A stretch of 64,000 bases of DNA, taken from Tubiluchus corallicola. Lineage: Eukaryota; Animalia; Priapulida. Each line of letters starts with the position of its first letter. Position 1 is the stretch's first letter. The stretch spans positions 993,521 through 1,057,520 of the forward strand of contig JAQGDQ010000032.1 of the NCBI GenBank assembly GCA_030141605.1, in the 5' to 3' direction. The translations under genes were made by a program, and so were the position numbers. The notes beneath the pieces are model-generated. The model was not told the DNA's origin, made no database searches, and was given only the letters and a program-made list of their open reading frames with translations. Of the stretch, positions 12,101 through 24,540 are shown piece by piece.

Positions 12101-14116
12101 CCACGTTTACAGGTATTATCTCAGTTGATCATAAGTGTTATCAAGCTACATTGCAGAGGATCATTTACCAACTGTGCAATGTGGGCTTCACACAATTTGA
12201 TTCCTAGCTGCTTTGAAACGCTTTTGTATGAAAATTTCCTGAAATTTTGCAAAATTCATATGGTCGGCTCACAGGAGTTTCTGCCAAATACAAAATAAGT
12301 GATAATAGTTGAGTTTACAAAATTGTATGGAAATTCATTTGGTCTGTAAACTGGATGGTGCATACATACATATTCTTTACAATTTACATTCGTGTCTTGT
12401 CTTCGTCTTAACATAGTCGTTTGTCGATTATTGTCAGTTACAGGTAGTAAAGGCTTTCTGTAACAATGGCATTACTGAGATTCGTTACTTTATCAAGGTT
12501 TGTTGATTTTTTTATTTTTTTCAGTAATTTGATAGGAACATTGGTAATAATCATTATGCAAAGTATCGGTCAGCCATTACATACGAGTGATCTGCCGTAC
12601 GAAAGCTGCACAGACAACCCTCATGCAGGAAAGATTGAACCACTCGATCAAACAGGTAAAGCAAAGATGTTGTCTATTGTTTGTCAAAGCTTTTGAAATT
12701 GAAAAAACTACAAAGTTGCTTCATGTAGAAATTACAGTGTAGTTCCCTACAGCTGCTTTATCAACATAAGCCAGATAATAAAAAACACTTTTATTTCTAT
12801 CTTTTAAACACCCTTGCAGTGCATTCATTCTTGCCCACTAGCTAACATTGTGATCTTTGTAGCCCAAAGTTCTAAACTTTTAAAATTTTATTACAAAAAA
12901 ACAACATTTTGTCAACTAAGTTGACTATATACCGACTTGTTTCTTCAAGGACTTAGTTACAATATAACTCTACATAAAAAGTGCAAAAAGGAGTACATGG
13001 GATATGTATTCCATGGGAATACATGATGCTTATTCTACAACATTATAGAACTTAAAAAAATGTTTCCAGTTATTATGATTTATATAGAAATGCTTATTGA
13101 GCAGTAACTTACAAATCCTTGGTCTAAAACTTGTTTTTAGTTATGCCCTTTGGTTCTGGATAATACCTGAAAGTTTTGCGAACTAAAAAATTTATCAGGC
13201 TATGTTGGTTGGCAGTTTCAAAAGTTAAAATATGAGTGTGAAAAGTTTGAGCAACATAGTCTACATAGTATAGTCTATGACTGGGTGGGCGTAGCTCAAT
13301 GGTAGTGTGTTCGCTTCCCACGTGGAAAGTCGCATGTTCAATTCCAGACCGAGTCATACCAAAAACTTAAAAAAGTATCTGCTGGTTCTTCAGCCAAGCA
13401 TGCGGGTTTATCTAAGTAGCATGTGGTTAATAATAATCAGAAACACCCTGGAAATAAGTATTGAGTTACTTAATTATATAAATACGATATACTGTGCATT
13501 GCAAGTGTTTAGAACTTGTACTTATACCATTGCTCATCTACGGGAAAAGTACATAAAGCAGTATTTTGCGGTGTATACAAAAATGTTTTGTCTCTTGCTA
13601 CTAATATAGAGTTAAAACAGGAATAATTTTCTTTAGAAAGGCCCAAGTTTTACCACCATTTCCATGTAATCTTTGAATTTGCCTAATTTTATTATTAATA
13701 AAAGTGGTATTTGCTAAACTCATCCTGATTACGAAAATAATTTGTTTAAAGAGCCATCGTGACTAAGCAAATAAAGTTGCGACACTAATTCTCGTAAGAA
13801 ACAGTTGACTGGATGTAGCTTAAATAAATGCTAGCTTAATATGTCTGTGGTCGTAATCGAACGTCTGGCAAATTAATCCATTCTTAGAGCATTATTATTC
13901 AATATTCACTTTGTTCGTGCATCATTTGAAAGTAGCTATCTCTTTTGTCATATTTTTATTGAATCTTAATTTTTTTCAGTTCCTATGCTATCACTATCTG
14001 CTTTCGGAACCTTTGTCGCCGTTGTTATAGTTTTGTTTCTACATCCAAAATTGCAACGGTTGAAGAAAGAACACGAGTCGGACAGAGAGGAGTTGTCGTC
14101 AGATACAAACAGCTGA
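3177..14116 (+). CDS. SLC49A3: Solute carrier family 49 member A3 (MFSD7)-like MFS transporter, FLVCR family, ~480 aa, 10 coding exons
   Basis: Hand-assembled GT-AG exons 3177-3338, 4809-4967, 5460-5673, 6029-6105, 7557-7691, 9166-9282, 10429-10581, 11657-11814, 12525-12655 and 13980-14116 total 1443 nt in consistent phase. Motifs YVVYKRRWFIL, INWLSMV, GQTIAACGQGF..PAKVSAIWF..ERTLATTI, PPTPPSSSA, LCPMGYSD, ELAVELTYPVAEA. AATAAA at 14447-14452. Confidence 0.9.
4190..4600 (-). mobile_element. 3' fragment of an L2/Crack/CR1-group LINE in SLC49A3 intron 1
   Basis: QNKIVKAVCFAGFRDHATPYYNQLRILKITNIYKLEMAKFVFKFKNHKLP..F..HNYQTR..SLKYQGP, the typical post-RT tail of this LINE group. Confidence 0.8.
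7771..8347. mobile_element. Non-autonomous hAT-like element (MITE) with 8-bp target-site duplication
   Basis: Flanked by identical GCTTAGTA (7763-7770 and 8348-8355). Imperfect TIRs cagaggcataacaag / cttgctacatcactg. Confidence 0.75.
11252..11387. mobile_element. Inverted pair of tRNA-derived SINE-like fragments
   Basis: Arms 11252-11300 and 11341-11387 are imperfect reverse complements. A-box-like tagtggtctaag, a TGT anticodon-like loop (cctgcc ttgtaa gcag) and B-box-like ggttcaaatcc on the minus strand. Confidence 0.6.
13283..13400 (+). mobile_element. tRNA-derived SINE (MetaSINE-like body)
   Basis: A box (tagctcaatggtag) and B box (gttcaattcc) followed by ccgagtcataccaaaaacttaaaaaag, resembling from memory the conserved Meta domain start. 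No acceptor stem, so not a tRNA gene. Confidence 0.7.
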
Positions 14117-15725
14117 CATTGCAGTTGAATAACTTGGTGGTGATGAAGATTGTGGAGCCAAACTATTTATGGTTGTGTACTGTGTTTTTGTGAAATCAAA
14201 CTCAGACAACTGCTAGATAACCCGTTGGCTAGCAGTGCCACAGTTTTTGAAGGTTTTTGTAAGCATCAATTGATGATTTTCATGTGGAGCTATTGCAAAT
14301 TTAAGTTTATTTTTTATGATTTTCGACTTGATTTTATCAATTATTGAATTACACAATTTACATACATAGTAAGGTATTGTCTTTTTATTTAGACTGCAGT
14401 ACTTTTAATTATGTTAGAAATATAAAGCTAAAAATAATTAAATTCGAATAAAAAGTCTTGTTGTGTTACTAATTTTACATTTTTTAAACAAAATCACATT
14501 TCAGTACGAAGTCAAGTTATCAAAAAGGTGCTGTTATCTGCATACACTGTCAACAACTTGCCAAAATTATTGAAAAAAAAAGCATCGTACAGAGCTAGTA
14601 TCACAGATAACAACCTAATTTGTAAATTAAAATGACCCATCCTTTCCGATGTACATGCGCATTAGACAAATGATCAAATATTATGATTATTGAAAGTCAA
14701 AGCTTTAACTTCAAGTCTTTCAAATGCCAGCATTTTCTTGCATAATTCAAAAACAATTAAATTAAACAATTCTCTATTTCAAATTGTGAAGATTTTTCCC
14801 TGATATTGTACATTAGTTACAGTAACCAATGTGTGCTACAGAATACGTTGACTGACTAACAACTGTTAATTGTTCTATCTGACATTGACAGGGAAACTGA
14901 TAAATAAGCTGATTACATACCTACATTTGAATAGCTATGAAATGTGTAATGAGTTTAGTTTAAAGAATTCTTTTGGCGTTTTCCTCAAAACAATTTGCAC
15001 CGGTCTTTTGCTATTATCCTAGTTTTCTCTCTGTGACAAAAACTGAAAATAAATCTTCTAATACTAGAGATGAAATTTAATTTTCTTTCATAAAATGTTT
15101 CTCTTTGGTCAAATATAATCTGTAGTGAATGCACAAAGCACTAACCAATTTCACAAAAGACCATTAAAACTGCTTAAATATTTATAGTCAGGAAGGAGTT
15201 AAGTTTGTAGTCATTGTGATACTGAAGCTTACAGAATTCTTTTTTATACAACTTTAGTCCCTCATCTGTTGGACATTACTGTGTCCTCTTAACACTTTTG
15301 GCAGTGATTAGAGGAAACACCACTGCAGTTATATGAAGCTACAAAACAGTGAACTATGAGTCCTGCTTAAACTATTATATTTTTGCACTTCCATTAAAAC
15401 AATTTACTACTTTGCTTCTTCGCAGAAATTCGGTCTTTTAATCAATGTAATATAATCCAAGATCAACACAGCAACTTTTAAAGTAGCAGCAATGACATTA
15501 AGTTCTAGTTCTCATAAAGGGAAATGCAAGTATTAGCGTGTAATTATGCAGTTCGATGTTGTCACGTGCTTACTCAGCTTCCGCAGTTTCTGTTGCCTAG
15601 CTGGTTGCGCACCATAAATACAAGCGTACCTTTTATTATAACGTTTCTCTATCAGCATCACTTGAACTATACAGCAAGTCAAATGAAAATCGTACAAGTT
15701 ACAGCTGGGAAACAGGCAAGTACTA

Positions 15726-18700
15726 CTAAGAAGCTGATGCTGCGGAGGATTCTGAGTCTGTACGGCCCACACTTATATCTTGCCCTTCATAGACATTTCC
15801 GTCCTTGTCGATGGCAAAATCGTAATTAGACATGCTGTCGAGACACTCTTCGATGGCATGGTCAAGTGTCTCAGGTGTAATAAATTTCTTGGCTCTTTCC
15901 TGGAAGTATGAATGAGTTAATGTAGTAAATGATCTGATTAAAATGACGCAGACAGTGAAATTAACACAATTACCCATTCTAAATCTGATTTTCAGTTTTC
16001 ATACGAAAAGAATGGCAATCTACTGTTTTACGATTCTCAGAATTAAATCACTTGTCAGTTTAGTGCCTTATTTTAGAGGCATAGCCTTGATAATGAGCAA
16101 TGTTCTGGTATTGCTACAAAATCATTTACAGTAAATAGACCCTGCCTTTAATAGTATGATGATATATCAATAAAAACTGTAAACATCATAGTGGTAAGCA
16201 TTGTTATGTTTAAAGCTACTCTGAAAGTATGTCCAGGCAATAAGTTGTTTATTTTTGGAACTAGAGAGCCAGTTATGACTTATCCCCTACCTATTATGCC
16301 ATTGCCAAAGCAAATATGCATTACAACAACAATTATCCAAACTAACAAGAACCTGGGCATATCCCAACAAGCAACTTCTTCTAATTAGCTGTTCTTAATT
16401 AGAAACTAAGTGCTGTTTCATTATTTTTATATTACAAATGCTTATACAGCAAGCCCTTGCTTATTGATGCTAATGCATTCCAGCAAAACGTGACATTAAG
16501 TGAAATGTCAAAAACAAAACCAAGACTTCCACAGAAAGTAATGTAAAAGAAATGAGATACACTCCACAAGAAAAAAAAATTCAGTGTTACTTAATTCATA
16601 TAATTTAAACGTTTTATGAGTTTTATTTATATTTTTACTGATTAATTTCTTTCTGCTTGGCTGAAATAGTTGGCATAGTAAAAGCCAAGCCTTGAGGAGG
16701 CCTTGAAAAAATTTCTTCTAGATAGAGGTTACTATAGCAACAGGTTGCAGGCAAAATTCCTTCGCATAAAGTTTGCACCCACGTGCCGGGAGGCCTCTGG
16801 TTTTAGAATAGAATAATGCAATAAGTATTGTTTTAATGCTTCAAATTAGGTAAAAATGTTGTTGATAAAATAAAAAGTGGCTTTGAGCAAAGTAAAAAAA
16901 AGTCGTCGTTAAAATGAAATGTGTCGTTAAGCGAGAAAAAGTGTCAAATGTTTAGCACCGTTGGACGAAATGTTGCTAAATGGGGAGTCGTTAAGCGAGG
17001 ACTTACTGTACCATAAGCATAATAACTGAATACAAAACATATATAATAAAAATCAGGTTCTTTCAAATTGTTTTTAGACTGGTTAAATTAGAAAAATTAC
17101 TCAAAATTTACAAAGATTGTAAAGTCACAAGAAGGTAACCAGCTGTTCAAGCAAACGAATTGTGGAGTTCAGATCCACATCCTCTAATTAACAAGAAAAA
17201 ATAAAAATTAGGACAAAAGTAATTCTACTAACAGATAATGCCACAACAACTTCATCTGCTTTTGCAACTTGAACTTCTCGTTGTTTTTTCAAGTATTCCA
17301 TTCGTTCTAATCTTTGTAGTATTCTTGCATCTTGTTCCGCTTGGATACTTGCTTCTCTGAAATTTAATGTAGTTTAGTCTGAGGTAGGTGAATAACTGAA
17401 TAGCCACATACAAATGCTTTGTGAATGAAGTAAAGCAACACTGATGCTGGTCAGTGAATGGATAGCTGACTGCTGTCAATACTCACTCTGAGCAGTTCAT
17501 TTGCTATACTGATTCTTGCTGTTTACTTGTACAGGGGATGTGCAAACAGAATTCAGTAACTCATCTTCCAGCTTTATAATACCTGATATTCTAAATAAGC
17601 CTCACATTTTTAACCAGATAAAAATTATGAGAACGCGAGCAGTGCAACTGAAAATTTACTATGGTGTTGTAAAAATCAGAAATGACTGAAAATCAGGCAT
17701 GAAATCTCTGAAGGCATGCTAAAATACTATAACGCTTAAACGTGTACCCCCATTAAAAGTGTTTAAAGATTTCAGACAACAATCTGAAATTTTAAGCTTG
17801 TCACATACAGTCAAACCCCTTTATGCTGCCGACTTTTGGGACTGCTAAAAAAATTGGCATTAAGGGAGCTTGGTATTAATAAGTACTGTCTATGTAAAGA
17901 GAGGTATTTGTTTCGTCAAAAGTTTGGACGTTAAACGAGGTTGGCATTATAAAGGGGGACATTATAGCAAGGCTTGGATGTAATTTAATTAGGTGAACCT
18001 CCTCTAATAGCCTTGTACATCGATATAAGATTTTTATAATGCCACCCCTAATTCTCATTGCAGTTGCAATATTAGTCTTACACTCATATTGCAGACTAGT
18101 TTAGTAGTTGAGGAGCCCTTAGCATAAAACAACTAAGACTTTCCTTACGCACGCACGCAAGCACGCACGCACACACACACACACAGTTAGATAAAAAGCA
18201 TTAGATGGAACTTTGACTAGACAAGGTAATTGCTCCAACAATAAAGATTTACTCACTCCATTGAGTATATTAACAAATTTTAACAGATATTATTATATAG
18301 ACTGCATGTTTGTTAAAACTGTTCTGGATAAACTATGTTAAGTAATAGTAGTACAACAGACATAATCAGACTTAGAACATTACATTAATGTTTGTCAACT
18401 AATTTATCACAGCAACTACAGTCAATGCAGAATGATTTTGCAAGCAATCTAGCACATAAAATGCATCATAATTACCGTATCTTTGCAACACGCTCATTTT
18501 CTTTAGTATTTTCTGCTAAAAGTTGCTGAAACTCTTCCTCTTCTCGTTTAGCTTTTTCCAACATTATAGCACCAGTTTCACTCAAAGCTGTCTGCTCTTG
18601 TTTAAAGTAACACCTGACACAAATACCAAACAAAAGCATTACACTGTAATTCAATTGACACTAAATTTAAATGACTACAGAAGTCTTCTCGCGAGGGATA

Positions 18701-20177
18701 GCAGCCATCAATATGTTACCATGCTTCAAATCTGATTAAGGGAGCTTAACTGGACTCTCTGCATATAGACAGACATTAATTTACCCCAAATCAACTTAGA
18801 ATTTGAGCATATCGTTACCCTTTTGATCTTTAGCTTTCAGCTGAAATATATTGGTAACCAGCTTTATATTACTGACGCCAACTTTATCCCAGAAGACATT
18901 TATCATCTGATCGTTTATTTTGCTGTAGCTCATGCTTGATTAAATTAGGTTCTACCGTGGGTACATTTCCTAACACAAGCCGAGTATTTATTTTTTCACG
19001 CTCCCGCATTTCTTGCATTTCATTTATTATTTGGGAATACGCCTTACTTTTAATGGTGTTGTCAATCGAGTCCTCTAACTCGCCAACTTTTGCAGATACA
19101 CCCATCACCTTGACTGTACAACTGTTAACATCATCAATAATTTTATCTACTCGCACCTTTAGTGTACGATGTTGTTCCTCTAATTTAGCAACAGATAACA
19201 ATATTGAAGAAAAAGTGATGTTACATTTGTTACAATACCAATGCAGATTCATATTGCCTTTCATAAGTATTTTATAGGTATCTGAATCCACATTCTCACA
19301 TTTTACATGATTCCAAAAGCAACATGTTTCACACTGCAAGGCCTGATAATCTCACTGTACTTCCTCACGACATGATCCACATTTAGTAGGCAAATCAGCA
19401 CTGCTATCATCAAAAGGACTGTTTACCAGCCGATAAATGTCGTTGACTGTAGATCCCTTATTCAGAGATATGGTTGCTGAACTTCTTAAATTACGCTTAA
19501 GATTGGTAAACTGTATGGCTCATTATGCTGCCATGAAAATCGATTGGACTCAAATGACAGCCCCTTTTTGAAGCTAACGACAACATTAATCACCCGCATA
19601 CAAGTCATGCACTTTAAACATGTCCATGTGGAACCACCGTGGCGCCAATAACATGACGTATTGCCATTTTTGAACATTATATACGTACAAGGTTACCAGA
19701 TTCCTAACTTTCTGGAATTGTCTCGTATCTTAAATCATAGATAAAAAGTATAACAATTTAGAAATACAATTTTAAATTATACTGTATTTGTACTCAGCAT
19801 TTATAAATCTAGCTATAGTCTTTTTAAAGAAACTTCGAAAGGCTATAACGCTGTAACATATAATTCTAATCACTCGGTTACAAATACCTAAGCGCTTTTA
19901 TCGCTGTTCTGTATTCAGCGTAGTGCTTCTTTGAAAACTGTTCTTCCCACGGTTCCACAGGTCTTCTCTGTGGTACAATCTCCAGTTTGCTTTTGGCCAT
20001 CGGAACCCAACGAGGCTTTCTCCATCTAATGAAAATCAAGTATCCGCTACCAACCATTAAATACAACCTTGAATTACAAGATAAGGAAACAAACGGCCTA
20101 AAAATACAAGCAGATGAATAAATGCAACAAGTCGGTCGAGGCAGTAATATTTTCCTAAATAATGAGGACGACGCCAT
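15726..20177 (-). CDS. MRPS26: Mitochondrial small ribosomal subunit protein mS26, ~241 aa, 4 exons
   Basis: Exons 20177-19888, 18613-18476, 17356-17233 and 15899-15726 (726 nt, phases consistent). Motifs RWRKPRWVPMAKSK, EEEEFQQLLAENTKENERVAKIRE, FITPETLDHAIEECLDS.SNYDFAIDKDG. R/S/L-rich N-terminus consistent with a mitochondrial presequence. An upstream in-frame ATG exists at 20231. Confidence 0.92.
16900..17008. mobile_element. End of a pogo/Tigger-like DNA transposon remnant
   Basis: Terminus gtcgttaagcgaggacttactg followed by TA, with repeated gtcgttaa subterminal motifs. The other end was not identified. Confidence 0.55.
17420..17480 (+). mobile_element. 5S rRNA-derived SINE remnant
   Basis: gaagtaaagcaacactgatgctggtcagtgaatggatagctgactgc resembles the 5S internal control region (A box to C box). 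Too short and diverged to be a 5S gene. Confidence 0.45.
18884..19500 (-). mobile_element. Decayed LINE ORF1 with PHD finger and coiled coil, in MRPS26 intron 1
   Basis: Extending the track ORF upstream gives KCGSCREEVQ*DYQALQCETCCFWNHVKC...LHWYCNKC (C4HC3 PHD with an in-frame TGA), then heptads and EMQEMREREK..RLVLGNVP, typical of CR1/L2-group ORF1. Confidence 0.75.
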
Positions 20178-20984
20178 ATCTCTTTGTATTCTGTAAAAAC
20201 CTGCCGAATGAAACGGATAGCCTTGCTCCATGAATTCTAGCTTACGCACCGACTGCAATTCAGTTAAATAAGTATTATTAATTATTATTATTATTCAAAT
20301 TATTATCATCATCATTATTACTCTTAATATTATTATTCCACGTATAAAATCTGTTGAAGTAATAAATTTGTAATAAAAATCAGCCTATTTGAATATGAAA
20401 AAATCTGTATTCTAATTCTTTTTGACGAATGCCCATAACAACATTGAGTCACTCATGACACCTCCACGTTTATGTACTAATGAGTCATAATGACATGTGA
20501 ATTGCTAATGCTAATTAACTATAAATAACGTAAGAGGGTAATCAAGTTATTAGTTTCTAATACTTTTCCATCATACCCACTGCAGAACTATTACCCGAAC
20601 AGTAAGACACATGCTTTTAAGTTTTCAACTTAGTAATGCCTTCAAATTGAATTTTATTTGAGCATAAAAGCAATTTTATATTGTCGATAATGCAAGATGG
20701 GAACAACGTTCTTTTTTATAGACCTGATCTCAACTTTTACCAACTATAACTTTGTATGTATTTTGGAGAAAATACTACATCCTAGAGACCAATTCAAAAT
20801 ACTACAGGTATACTACAGCAGTTATATGACAAAACTGGAACTAAAAACTAACCAAAAAGCAGCAATGAGAATGCAAAATTCACTATAAATATAGAAAAAC
20901 TATAAATACAATGAAAATACCTAAAGGACTAACTACAACACAAGAAAGAGTCACAAAAATGTCACAACTGTGGTATATCACAAG

Positions 20985-21110
20985 TGTGTTAACAGTTTCA
21001 GAGTGGATATCTTCCATAGTTGTATCATTTAAGAAAAACAGTGATATTCATATCTGTGTAAATTTGAAAGATGTTAAACAGGTCACCATACTTGATAAAC
21101 CATTCAGTCG
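20985..21110 (+). mobile_element. Gypsy-type reverse transcriptase fragment
   Basis: SEWISSIVVSFKKNSDIHICVNLKDV matches the W.SP.V.V.KK.G..R.CVD RT N-terminal motif. Confidence 0.6.
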
Positions 21111-21134
21111 TCTCCCCTCTTGTCACATAACTTA

Positions 21135-21528
21135 TGTACAGGGTTGGATTATGGCCTTTTGGGGCCCATGTACAGGGCTGGATTATGGCCTTTTGGGGCC
21201 CCTAGACTAATGAAACTATAGGACCCCCTCAGATGGATCCACTTTCTAACTCACCTGCACCTGTCTTGAATGTTTTTTACTGGCGATATATCTTAGCGAC
21301 GTTTACATAACTTGAAGAAAAGTTGTTGCAAATACTTTAAATAAACTAGAATAGCTATCTTTTCTTTGTCAATAAAAACATTCTTTAAGAAACAGCATTA
21401 CTTTACTATTTATTGCAAACCAAATGAGTACATATTTCAACACAGCCGTAGTGAAAAACATATTTTTAACAAATCTTGAGAGGCCCTAGACTGCAGCCTA
21501 CACTAACTGATAAGATAATCCAGCCAGT
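21135..21528. mobile_element. hAT-like MITE with duplicated 5' end
   Basis: atgtacaggg(t/c)tggattatggccttttggggccc occurs twice in tandem (~21135-21202). Inverted terminus ataatccagcc near 21515-21525. TSD not clear. Confidence 0.5.
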
Positions 21529-22500
21529 CTATAATCCACAATATGGAGGGCATATTTGTGATACCACAAAACACAGGAAAGCATTGCAAAAATTCGCTCC
21601 TTAGGATTGAAGGATTATACATCAGTTCAATCAGTTGATAGGTTTCATAAATCCCAAGTCCAAGAACACTATCCAGTTCATCAGTTTCTCTTACTATTTT
21701 TTCTGCCAATGCTGTTGGGTCCTCTCATCTGGATGAACACCAGGAAAGGGAGGAAGCTACAACGAGTCATATCTAGTACATCCGGACAGAAAAGAGAAAA
21801 CAACAACACAAGCCAAACAGAAGCACATCGAGCACAACCATGCTGACCCGACCAAATGACTAATTCAATATACCAAAGCAGTTATCTACCAGAACTAAAA
21901 TTAAATACAACTCAAAACCATAAAACAAGATGTAAGAGAAGTAAGAACAACCTAATAATAACTCAAGATTATGTTGCAAAATCCGTTAAGGCAAACAACT
22001 TCACAGACAAATGTTTTAAAGTTTCACAAAAGATTGTAAAATTGTTCACTAAAATGACAAATTATGTTATGTAAAAGCAGAGTAACGAAGAAGTGACTGA
22101 GAGGGGATGTGATAAAAACTCCTGATCAAAAATTTAGTACAGATTATATTGGTCATTGTTTTGAAGTTGTAAATTAATTAACCCGAGCAATTAATAAAAC
22201 ACTCATCGCATGCTAAATTAGTATAGCCTGTATTGACTTTGTTTACTTTGCAAATGCTTAGGCATAACAGGAAGTGTAAAAAGGGTGCTTGCCAAAAGGT
22301 GCTCGTTCACACAATACTAAAAAAGTACAAAGAGCAAAATTAACTGAAAACTGGTTTATTAATTTGAACATACAAATGAACTTTTTAACAAGAATTAACC
22401 TGGCAAAACTAGTAAATTCAAAGAATCAAATTCAAAAATGTTTCAGCATCAAAACATACATTATGCGGCTGTCACTACAATAACTTCGTGGCTGAACAAA

Positions 22501-24126
22501 TCAGATATTACTAATTTCTCCCATAATATTTACCTTTCTGCCTTGATATTTTTTAGAAATCTCATCTTCTATCTGAGTCTGAAGTTCTTTAGTTCGCTTT
22601 TTAATTATTGCTAGTTTAGGCTCAAGTTGTTTCTGTTCTTCCAAGGCCTCCATTTGTTTTGCAACCATCAACTTCTGCGACTGTTCCATTTTGTTTGCCT
22701 GCCACAGTTTCTGCTGCAAATTTTCAGCCAAACGATCAATGTATCTTTGAGAAGTTTTTATAAGAAAAAGATGGTGCAACATCCCACTGCTCAGCTGTGA
22801 TATGGCCTTCTGCACATCATTCAGCATAACTTGTAAATTTTCTGAAGTCAGGTTCTGTATAGATTCAAGCTGAGTTAAGACTAAAACACTTGGCTCATTG
22901 CTCATTTCCACGAGACGTTGCAAAAGGAATGCTTCAAGTTCATGCAAATCATCTAGCAGCTTGTTTCGTGTATTAACATTTTCCAGCAATAATAGTGCAT
23001 CACTGCCAGTTGCCACACCATCTTTCACTGTTGTAGTAGATTCTAGAGTAACACCATCACTGGAGTCCTCTATAGTAAAATCAATATTTACTACTTCATC
23101 ATTTAAAAAATCAACTGTCAGATCAAGTTCATCACCAATATCAAGGTCAAGGGTGTCATCACCAGTGTCAGTTATTTCATCATCGAATTTAAAGTTCAAT
23201 GTTGGTTTGTCAATCTGGATAGGAGGTTCACCAGTTCTCCATTCGTATGTTGTTGTATTACCATGATTTCTTACATACCCAATCATTGGTAAACATGTTT
23301 CTGGCTCTTTCACCTGACTGCCAAAATGATAGTTTAAAAAATCAATGTAAGCTTTCCTTACATAATCAAGTTCCGTAATTCCCTGCACTGCAATGTCACA
23401 ATGATGTGGAAGTTGGTCAATGAGGGATACTAGCTCATGTTTCACTCTTTTGCCCTCAATTCCATATTCCTTGCATGAACGATAAAAAGCTGCTTGCAAC
23501 TCTGCAGCTGCCTTTCCAAAAGTGACCTCTCTTTTAGCACAGTCATCCTGACTTTGCTGAAGCTGCTTGATACGCTGTTTCAACCATGGTATTTCATACT
23601 TGACATTCTTCATTAACATATCTGCAGATTCGGCCAAATACAACCCATTTTGATTATACAACTTTAAAATATCTAACCAATCCTTCATCCTTTGTGAAGA
23701 ATATTGGCCAAAAATATTTTTTGAACTTGCCTCAGTCTCCTTCAACAGTTCGACAATTTTCAAGCAATGGAAATAATTTATGTGTGTTCCAGACAAAAGC
23801 TTTGTCATCTCTTCCACTGCAGGCATGTCCTGAATGGCATTGTTTATTTTTTCTCTCACCGCCAGGACGGAATGTTGCCACTGTTTCTCACAGTGTCTCC
23901 GGCTTTCAAGCCAGTTGAGAAGTTTATGCAAGTGTATATCAATTGGAAGGTTCTCCACCTGCAAAGCAATTTGCACAAAATTAAATGCAGTATATCATGT
24001 AGTGAGTCGAGACCAAACATTGCAATAACATTTTTTTAACTTAATTGAATTTCTCTAACTCTACTCTTTAGTCAAATGTTCGTTCATTAGATTTACCTGT
24101 AGGTCTGATGAATTTGTGCTTTGCAT
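22501..24126 (-). CDS. CDK5RAP3: CDK5 regulatory subunit-associated protein 3 (C53/LZAP, UFM1 E3 complex), ~495 aa, 2 coding exons
   Basis: Exon 1 24126-24097 (MQSTNSSDLQ|gtaaat) and exon 2 23958-22501 (ttgcag|VENLPIDI). Motifs LPIDIH..KLLNWL.SRRHC, REKINNAIQDMP, INYFHCLKIVELLKETEAS.KNIFGQYSSQRMKDW, GNTTTYEWRTGEPP, IEDEISKKYQGRKVNIMG. AATAAA on the minus strand at 22355-22360. Confidence 0.95.
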
Positions 24127-24540
24127 CGTTATCTACAAGCTAGATTTCTACCTTAAATTTTGTATTGTTTTAAAAATTTCGTTTTAGTAACCATATGCTT
24201 CGCAAAGAGTAAGACACATCAGCATGCCTTCCACTCTGACACCGTGCACTGTACTTCTCCAGACTCAGTCGCTCAGCAAATATCTTGCAAGTCAAATAAT
24301 ACGTTTTTACATTTATTAAGTACACAAATAATACAAAAACTTGCAAAATTGCCAAAAGCGAGAATTTTGTTATGAAACATTTTTTTTTATCTTTTGAGAC
24401 AATAATGTAACTTAAATCGAGTAGTGTCACTAGCTTGGTATGTATAGGTGGTATGGAATAAAATTAGCTTGAGTTTATCGGCAACAGGTGCCGCGACAAT
24501 AACTAAGTGTAAAATTATATGAAAGAGAGAAATACTGAAA
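24127..24540. promoter_or_regulatory. Probable bidirectional promoter and 5' UTRs of CDK5RAP3 and PWWP2
   Basis: Only 414 bp separate two divergent start codons, with some local CpG retention. Confidence 0.65.

Noticed and set aside
13283-13360. Possible tRNA gene
   Set aside because: A and B boxes are present but no paired acceptor or anticodon stems, and it continues into a SINE body.
19340-19365. In-frame TGA in the PHD ORF as selenocysteine
   Set aside because: The TGA is not at a conserved Cys position, no SECIS was recognised, and the context is a decayed retroelement.
23959-23976. ORF-track non-ATG start of CDK5RAP3
   Set aside because: Lies in the intron before the ttgcag acceptor. 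The real ATG is at 24126.
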